From the NCBI GenBank assembly GCA_963851265.1, contig CAWKNZ010000002.1, forward strand, positions 160,001 to 224,000: DNA of 64,000 nucleotides. Direction: 5' to 3'. This DNA comes from an uncultured Gemmatimonadales bacterium (GTDB taxonomy: Bacteria; Gemmatimonadota; Gemmatimonadetes; Gemmatimonadales; Gemmatimonadaceae). The translations under genes were made by a program, and so were the position numbers. This document shows positions 56,243 through 64,000 of the stretch, in pieces. The notes under the pieces were generated by a model, which was given only the letters and a program-made list of their open reading frames with translations, did no database searches and had not been told where the DNA came from. How positions within the stretch are numbered: position 1 is the first letter of the stretch; the number at the start of each line of letters is the position of its first letter.

Positions 56243-58585
56243 ATGACGAACGGACGGTGGCGTGCCATCTCGAGCGCCGCCGCGCTCACGCTCGGTCTCG
56301 TGGCCCTGGCCGCGCCCCGAGCACACGCCCAACGCCGCACGGTCTCGCCCGCCCGCGCGTCGCGTATCGCCGACTCCGTGCTCGCGCTGCTCTCGCTCGA
56401 CGAGAAGGTCGGCCAGCTCGTGCAGTCGCCGGGCGGCCGCGACCAGACCGGCCCCACCGCCCCGACGGGCGGCGAGGACGCGGTGCGCGCGGGGCGCGTG
56501 GGCTCGTTCCTCAGCTTCTGGGGCGCGGACGCCACGCGGCGCGTGCAGCGCGTGGCCGTCGAACAATCGCCGCACCACGTCCCGCTGCTCTTCGCGATGG
56601 ACGTGATCCACGGCTTCCGCACGATCTTCCCGCAGCCGCTGGCCGAGGCGGCGGCGTTCGACCCCGCGGTCGCCCAGCGCGCCGCGCGCGCCGCGGCCGT
56701 CGAGGCCAGCGCGGCCGGCATCCACTGGACGTTCGCGCCGATGGTCGACATCGCGCGCGACCCGCGCTGGGGGCGCGTGGTCGAGGGCGCGGGCGAGGAC
56801 CCGTACCTCGGCGCGCGCCTGGCGGAGGCGCGCGTCCGCGGCTTCCAGGGCGACAGCGGGTTCACGGCCCCCACCGCGCTGATGGCCACCGCCAAGCACT
56901 TCGTCGGCTACGGCACCACCGAAGGGGGCCGCGACTACAACACCGGCGAGATCGGCGAGCGCACGCTGTGGGACGTGTACCTGCCGCCCTTCGAGGCCGC
57001 GGCGCGCGCGGGCGTGGCGACCTTCATGGCCGGCTTCAGCGCCGTCGACGGCACGCCGCCGCACGCGAGCCACTGGCTGCTCACCGACGTGCTGCGCGAC
57101 CGCTGGCGCTTCGGCGGGCTCGTCGTGAGCGACTGGGACGGCGTCGGCGAGCTGATCCCCCACGGCGTCGCGGCCACGCGCGCCGACGCGGCCACGCGCG
57201 CCATCACCGCCGGCGTCGACGTCGACATGTCGGACAACGTCTACGCCACCGACCTCGCCGCGCTCGTGCGCGCCGGGCGCGTGCCGCAGGCGAGCGTCGA
57301 TTCGGCCGTGCACCGCGTGCTGCGCGCCAAGGCGCTGCTCGGCCTCTTCGACGACCCGTACCGCGGCGTGACCGCCGAGCGCGAGCGGCGTGACGTGCTC
57401 GCCCCCGCGCACCGCGCGCTCGCCCGGCAGGGCGGGCGCGAGTCGGTCGTGCTGCTCGAGAACCGCCCGGTCTCCGCTGGCGGCGCCCCCACGCTGCCGC
57501 TGTCGAAGGCGGTCCGCTCGCTCGCCGTGATCGGCCCGCTCGCCGACGACCGGCGCTCGTCGTTAGGCAACTGGCTGCTGGCCGCGGAAGACGCCGACGC
57601 GGTGACCGTGCTCGCCGGGCTCCGCGCCGCGCTCCCGGGCGCGCGCGTGTCGTACCTCCGCGCCATGTCGGCCGACACCGTCGACGGGCGCGTCGGGCCG
57701 GGGATCGACAGCGCCGTCGCGCTCGTGCGCGCCGCCGACGCCACCGTGCTCGTGATCGGCGAGCGCGAGAACATGAGCGGCGAGGCGTCCAGCCGCACCA
57801 CGCTCGACCTGCCCGGCGCGCAGCTCGCGCTCGCGCAGGCCGTGGTGCGCGCGGCGCGCGCGGCGGGCAAGCCGGCCGCGGTGGTGCTCATGAACGGGCG
57901 CCCGCTCTCGACGCCCTGGCTCGCCGACAGCGCGGGCGCGGTGGTCGAGTCGTGGTTCCTCGGCGTGGAGCACGGCAACGCGGTCGCCGACGTGCTCCTG
58001 GGCGAGTACAACCCCGCGGGGCGGCTGCCGATCACGGTGCCGCGCGCCGTGGGGCAGGTGCCCATCTACTACAACCACTTCAACACCGGCCGCCCCGAGA
58101 ACCTCGCCGACCATTTCACGAGCCGGTACCTCGACCTGGCGTCGACGCCGCTCTACCCGTTCGGGTACGGGCTCAGCTACACGACGTTCGCCTACCGCGC
58201 GCTGCGCCCGTCGGCAGCGTCGGTGCGCTTCACCGGGCCGCGCGACACGCTGGGCGTGTCGTTCGAGGTGACCAACACCGGCGCGCGCGCGGGCGACGAG
58301 GTCGTGCAGCTCTACGTGCGCGACGACGTGGCGAGCGTGGTGCGCCCGGTGCGCGAGCTGAAGCGGTTCGCGCGCGTGTCGCTGCGGCCGGGCGAGACGC
58401 GCCTCGTGCGCTTCACCCTGACCGCCGACGACCTCGCGTTCTACGGCCTCGACCTGCGGCGCGTGGTCGAGCCGGGCACGTTCACGCTCTGGGCGGGCGG
58501 AAGCTCGGCCGCCGCGCTCGAAGCGAAGTTCGCGGTCACGGGCGACACGCTCGTCCTCGCGCCCGCGCCGCCGCGGTATCGATGA
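56243..58585 (+). CDS. bglX: GH3 beta-glucosidase (BglX-like), secreted
   Basis: DVIHG, FAPMVDIARDPRWGR..EG.GEDP, KHF, VSDW, SGEA.SR, PFGYGLSYT, FnIII C-domain. Confidence 0.93.
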   Translation: MTNGRWRAISSAAALTLGLVALAAPRAHAQRRTVSPARASRIADSVLALLSLDEKVGQLVQSPGGRDQTGPTAPTGGEDAVRAGRVGSFLSFWGADATRRVQRVAVEQSPHHVPLLFAMDVIHGFRTIFPQPLAEAAAFDPAVAQRAARAAAVEASAAGIHWTFAPMVDIARDPRWGRVVEGAGEDPYLGARLAEARVRGFQGDSGFTAPTALMATAKHFVGYGTTEGGRDYNTGEIGERTLWDVYLPPFEAAARAGVATFMAGFSAVDGTPPHASHWLLTDVLRDRWRFGGLVVSDWDGVGELIPHGVAATRADAATRAITAGVDVDMSDNVYATDLAALVRAGRVPQASVDSAVHRVLRAKALLGLFDDPYRGVTAERERRDVLAPAHRALARQGGRESVVLLENRPVSAGGAPTLPLSKAVRSLAVIGPLADDRRSSLGNWLLAAEDADAVTVLAGLRAALPGARVSYLRAMSADTVDGRVGPGIDSAVALVRAADATVLVIGERENMSGEASSRTTLDLPGAQLALAQAVVRAARAAGKPAAVVLMNGRPLSTPWLADSAGAVVESWFLGVEHGNAVADVLLGEYNPAGRLPITVPRAVGQVPIYYNHFNTGRPENLADHFTSRYLDLASTPLYPFGYGLSYTTFAYRALRPSAASVRFTGPRDTLGVSFEVTNTGARAGDEVVQLYVRDDVASVVRPVRELKRFARVSLRPGETRLVRFTLTADDLAFYGLDLRRVVEPGTFTLWAGGSSAAALEAKFAVTGDTLVLAPAPPRYR

Positions 58586-59907
58586 CCGCGCGGCAGGGCG
58601 CGACGCCGGCCGCGTGCCGCGCGCGCGTCGCGCGCCTCGCGCCGGCCGCCCTCCTCGCACTGCTCGCCTGCGCCGGGCCGGACGCCCCGCCCGTCGAGGT
58701 CCGCTTCTGGGCGTTGGGCACCGAAGGCGAGAGCGTCGGGCCGCTCGTCCGCGAGTTCGAGCGCGCCCACCCGGGCGCGCGCGTCCGCCTGCAGCAGCTC
58801 CCGTTTTCCGCGGCGCACGAGAAGCTCGTCACCGCCGTCGTCGGTGACGCCACGCCCGACGTCGCGCAGCTCGGCAACACCTGGGTCTCCGAGTTCGTCG
58901 CCCTCCGCGCGCTCGCGCCGCTCGACACCCCCCTCGCCCGGTCGGCCGTGGTCGACCGCGCCGACTACTTCGCCGGCGAGTGGACGCCCAACGTCGTCGA
59001 CGGGCGCACGTACGGCGTGCCGTGGTACGTCGACACCCGCCTGCTCTTCTACCGCTCCGACCTGCTCGCGCGCGCCGGCGTGGCGCGCGCGCCCGAGAGT
59101 TGGGCGGAGTGGCGGGACGCCATGCGCCGCGTGCGCCGCGTGCAGCCGGCGGGCGGATCGCCCGCGCTCCTGCCGACCAACGAGATCGAGACGCCCGTGA
59201 TCGTCCTGCAGCAGAGCGGCGCGCCGCTGCTGCGCGACGGCGACACGCGCGGCAACTTCCGCGACCCGCGCGTGCGCGCCGCGTTCGCCTGGTACGTCGG
59301 CCTGTTCCGCGAAGGGTTGGCCCCGCCCATCTCGACCACGCAGGTCAGCAACATCACGCAGGAGGTCGCGGCCGGGCGGTACGCGATGTACGTCACCGGG
59401 CCGTGGAACGTCGCCGACTTCCGCCACTGGATGCCCGACACCGTGCCCGGCGCCGTCGCGCGCTGGGCCACCGCCGCGATGCCCGGCCCGACGGGCGCGG
59501 CGAGCGGCACGTCGCTCCCCGGCGGGTCGAGCCTCGTGCTCTTTCGCGGGCCCGGGCACGATGACCCCGCGCGGCAGGCGCTCGCCTGGCAGTTCGTCGA
59601 GTTCCTCAGCACGCGCGCGGCGCAGGCGAGCTTCGCCCGGCTGAGCGGCGACCTGCCCGCGCGCGCGAGTGCGTGGGCCGACGCCGGGGTCGCCGGCGAC
59701 GCGAAGTTCGCGCCCTTCGCCACGCAGCTCCGGCGCCTCACCCCCGTGCCGCGCGTCCCCGAGTGGGAGGCGATCGCGGAGCGCGTCGCGCAGTCCGTCG
59801 AGCGCGCCGGGCGCGGCGACGCGACCGTCGACGACGCGCTCCGCGCGCTCGACGCCGACGTCGACGCGATCCTCGAGAAGCGGCGTTGGCTGCGCACGCG
59901 CCAGTGA
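58582..59907 (+). CDS. Oligosaccharide ABC transporter substrate-binding lipoprotein
   Basis: Lipobox LLAC; PDVAQLGNTW, YGVPWYVDTR..FYR.D, GPWN, GGSSL. Confidence 0.9.
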   Translation: MTARQGATPAACRARVARLAPAALLALLACAGPDAPPVEVRFWALGTEGESVGPLVREFERAHPGARVRLQQLPFSAAHEKLVTAVVGDATPDVAQLGNTWVSEFVALRALAPLDTPLARSAVVDRADYFAGEWTPNVVDGRTYGVPWYVDTRLLFYRSDLLARAGVARAPESWAEWRDAMRRVRRVQPAGGSPALLPTNEIETPVIVLQQSGAPLLRDGDTRGNFRDPRVRAAFAWYVGLFREGLAPPISTTQVSNITQEVAAGRYAMYVTGPWNVADFRHWMPDTVPGAVARWATAAMPGPTGAASGTSLPGGSSLVLFRGPGHDDPARQALAWQFVEFLSTRAAQASFARLSGDLPARASAWADAGVAGDAKFAPFATQLRRLTPVPRVPEWEAIAERVAQSVERAGRGDATVDDALRALDADVDAILEKRRWLRTRQ

Positions 59908-60839
59908 GCGTGGGCGCGGGAGCGCCGGTCGGCGCGCGCGCGGGCGCGGGCTGGTGGTTCGTCGCCCCGGCGCTCCTGCTGCTGGCCGTGTTCTTCGTGC
60001 TGCCGGTGCTCGCCGGACTCGCGCTCAGCCTCACCGACTTCGACCTGTACGCCATCGCCGACCCCGCGGCCGTGCGCTTCGTGGGGCTGCGCAACTACGC
60101 GCGCCTGCTCGCCGACCCGCTCTTCCGCACCGCGCTCGGCAACACGCTCTACTTCGCGGCCGTGGGCGGGCCACTCACCGTCGCCGCGTCGCTCGGCGCC
60201 GCGCTGCTCGTCAACGGGCGGCTCGTGCGGTGGAAGACGTTCTGGCGGACGGTGTTCTTCACGCCCTTCGTGACCACGCTCGTCGCCGTCGCCATCGTCT
60301 GGCGCTACCTCTACCACCCGCAGTACGGGCTGCTCAACTATGCGTTGGGCGCGGTCGGGATCCCGCCCGTCGACTGGCTCGGCGATCCACGCTGGGCGAT
60401 GCCGGCGATCATCCTGCTCGCGGTGTGGAAGAACTTCGGCTACAACATGCTGATCTTCGTCGCGGGGCTGCAGGCGATCCCGGCGGAGTTGTACGAGGCG
60501 GCCGCGCTCGACGGCGCCACGGCGTGGCAGCGCTTCCGCCACGTCACCCTCCCCGGGCTCGCGCCGACGACGCTGCTCGTCGCGGTCGTGACCATGATCG
60601 GCTACTTCCAGCTCTTCGCGGAGCCCTACGCGATGACGGCGGGCGGGCCGCTGCGGAGCACGACGAGCGTCGTGCTGCTGATGTACGAGGAGGGCTTCCG
60701 CTGGTGGCGCATGGGGAACGCGGCCGCGATCGCGTTCCTGCTGTTCGCGCTCGTCGTCGCGTGCGCGCTCGCGCAGCACGGGTTGCAGCGCGCCTTCCAG
60801 CGCGCGTCGTCCCGCCCGCCCGAACGTCCGGCGGCGTGA
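59904..60839 (+). CDS. Carbohydrate ABC transporter permease (MalF-like)
   Basis: FVGL.NY, WK.FGYNM..F.AGLQ.IP..LYEAA.LDGA (EAA loop). Confidence 0.93.
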   Translation: MSVGAGAPVGARAGAGWWFVAPALLLLAVFFVLPVLAGLALSLTDFDLYAIADPAAVRFVGLRNYARLLADPLFRTALGNTLYFAAVGGPLTVAASLGAALLVNGRLVRWKTFWRTVFFTPFVTTLVAVAIVWRYLYHPQYGLLNYALGAVGIPPVDWLGDPRWAMPAIILLAVWKNFGYNMLIFVAGLQAIPAELYEAAALDGATAWQRFRHVTLPGLAPTTLLVAVVTMIGYFQLFAEPYAMTAGGPLRSTTSVVLLMYEEGFRWWRMGNAAAIAFLLFALVVACALAQHGLQRAFQRASSRPPERPAA

Positions 60840-61674
60840 CGCCGGCCCCGCCGCCGTTCGCCCGCGTGCGGTTCGCCCGCGTGCTGCTCGCCGGCGCGCT
60901 CGCCGCCTGCGGCGCGGCCGCGCTCCTCCCGATGCTCTGGATGCTGGCCGCGTCGTTCATGCGGCCCGGCGAGGCCACCACCTACCCGCCGCACCTCCTG
61001 CCCCGCGCGCCCACGCTCGAGCACTACCGCGCGCTCTTCACCCGCCTGTCGTTAGGCCGCTACGCCCTCAACGGCTTCGTCGTCGCGGCGCTCGTCACCG
61101 GGCTCTCGCTGTTCGTCAACGCGGCCGCGGGGTACGCCTTCGCCAAGCTGCGCTTCCGCGGGCGCGACGGGCTGTTCGGCCTGCTCGGCACGGCGCTCGT
61201 CGTGCCGGCGCAGGTCGCGATGCTGCCGCTCTTCCTGGAGCTCAAGGCGCTGCACCTCGTCAACACGTACGCGGGCGTGGTCGTCCCCGCGCTCGCGAGC
61301 ATCTTCGGCATCTTCCTCGTGCGGCAGTACGCGCTCGCGCTCCCCGACGACCTGCTCGACGCGGCGCGCATCGACGGCGCGGGGGAGGGGCGCGTGTTCT
61401 GGAGCATCGTGCTGCCGGCCATCCGCCCGGTGCTCGCGACGCTCAGCATCTGGACCTTCCTCTCGACCTGGAACGACTTCCTCTGGCCGCTCGTCGTGCT
61501 CACCGACGACCGCCGCTACACGCTCCCGGTCGCCCTCGCGGGCCTGCTCGGCGAGCACGCCCAACAGACGGAGCTGATGATGGCCGGCTCCGTGCTCACG
61601 CTGCTGCCGGTGCTGGTGGTCTTCCTCGCGCTGCAGCGTTACTACATCGAAGGCGTGACCGCGGGGAGCGTGAA

Positions 61675-61678
<4 letters not shown>
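60836..61678 (+). CDS. Carbohydrate ABC transporter permease (MalG-like)
   Basis: [31 protein letters not shown]...GSVK. Confidence 0.93.
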
Positions 61679-62852
<1,174 letters not shown>

Positions 62853-62856
<4 letters not shown>

Positions 62857-64000
62857 GCGCCGGCCGCGCCGCGCCGGGGCGCCCCGTCGTAGACCCGCGG
62901 CAGGTCGACCACGAACGTACTCCCCTCGCCGAGGGTGCTCGTGACGCTCACGTCGCCGCCGAGCAGCCACGTCAGCTGCCGCACGATGCTGAGGCCGAGC
63001 CCCGTGCCCGCGGCCGGGCGCGTGGTCGGCTGCAGGCTGGCCCCGCCCGACACCTGGACGAACGGTTCGAACACCCGCGCCAGCTGCTCCGGCGGGATCC
63101 CGATGCCGGTGTCGCGCACGGTGATCCGCAGCCACTCGCCGGCCGGCGAGTCGGCCACGCACGTCTCGACCACCACCCGCCCGTGGTCGGTGAACTTGAC
63201 CGCGTTGCCGACGAGGTTGGTGACGATCTGGCGCACCTTGCGCTCGTCGCTCACGACGTCGACGCCGGCGGCCGGCCCCTCCTGCGCGAGCGCGAGCTGC
63301 TTGCGGGCGGCGAGCGGCGCGGTGATGTCGAGCACCTGCGCGACCGTGGCGGCCGCGTCGAAGGGCGCGGGCACGACCACCTCCTTGCCCGACTGCGCCC
63401 GCGCGAAGCCGAGCAGGTTCTCGATGGTGTCGAGCAGGTGTCCGCCGGCCGTCTGCACGCGGCGCACGTACTCGTGCTGCCGCGGCGCGAGCGGGCCCGC
63501 GATCTCCGCGCCTAACAGGTCGGAGAAGCCGAGGATCGCCTGGAGCGGCGTGCGCAGCTCGTGCGAGACCACGGCGAGGAAGTCGTCCTTCGCGCGGTTC
63601 GCGTCCTCGGCGAGCCGCCGCGACTCCTCGGCGTCCGCGCGCGCCCGCTCGGCCTCGCGCCGCGCCTCGGCCTCGGCCGCGCGCGCGCGTTCGGCGGCGG
63701 CGTGCGCCGCACGCTCGCCGTAGTACAGCCGGGCCTGGGCCAGCGCCCGAGCGAGCCGCCCCGCCGCCGCCCGCAGCATCACCTGCTCGCTCGGCACCAG
63801 GCGGCGCGGCTCCGTCCACCCCACGAGCAGCATTCCGTGCACGCGCCCCATGTACCGCGCCGGTACGGCCGCGAGCGCCTGGACCCCCAGTGCATCGACC
63901 GTGGGGCGGAGCGCCGGGTAGCGCTCGACCAGACTCGCGCGGCTTCCGAAATGGAGCACGCGTTCGGTACGGGCTGCCTCGCTCACCGGACACGCCGCGG
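62853..64000 (-). CDS. GAF-domain sensor histidine kinase (5' partial)
   Basis: H-box SHELRTPL, N-box [28 protein letters not shown]-like segment upstream; appears to run off the window. Confidence 0.92.

Overview
Very GC-rich bacterial DNA (about 70-75% by eye), almost fully coding. Gene content (SusC/SusD, tandem M16 peptidase pairs, long-type FabI) suggests Gemmatimonadota; this is an inference. From 1 to 22 kb there are housekeeping and regulatory genes: FKBP, MCP, TetR, YdcF, two M16B heterodimer pairs, YtxJ/BrxC, SET, NUDIX, ECF sigma plus anti-sigma, serA, rhodanese, MATE, TonB and fabI. From 22.4 to 50 kb lies an arabinose-glycan utilisation locus (LacI, SusC/D, GH43, GH2, GH29, GH127, sugar ABC, araB, araD, GH51, LacI). 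It is interrupted by an opposite-strand cassette of SGNH-TPR protein, O-carbamoyltransferase, SxtJ-like protein and a 52-aa DUF5989/SxtK-like peptide. From 50 to 64 kb come sua5, a probable beta-1,2-glucan locus (frameshifted TonB-dependent receptor, GH144-like, GH3, ABC) and a partial histidine kinase. Three observations stand out. (1) The 52-aa peptide, missed by the ORF track, has DltX-like size and topology and ends in FIYTLF (FIYxxF acyl-shuttle motif), suggesting a Dlt-like relay for extracytoplasmic O-carbamoylation. (2) The heptamer GTTAGGC/GCCTAAC occurs about 30 times, on both strands, written into coding DNA through rare codons. (3) A probable leader-peptide attenuator precedes the MATE pump. 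No rRNA, tRNA, CRISPR or IS elements were seen.
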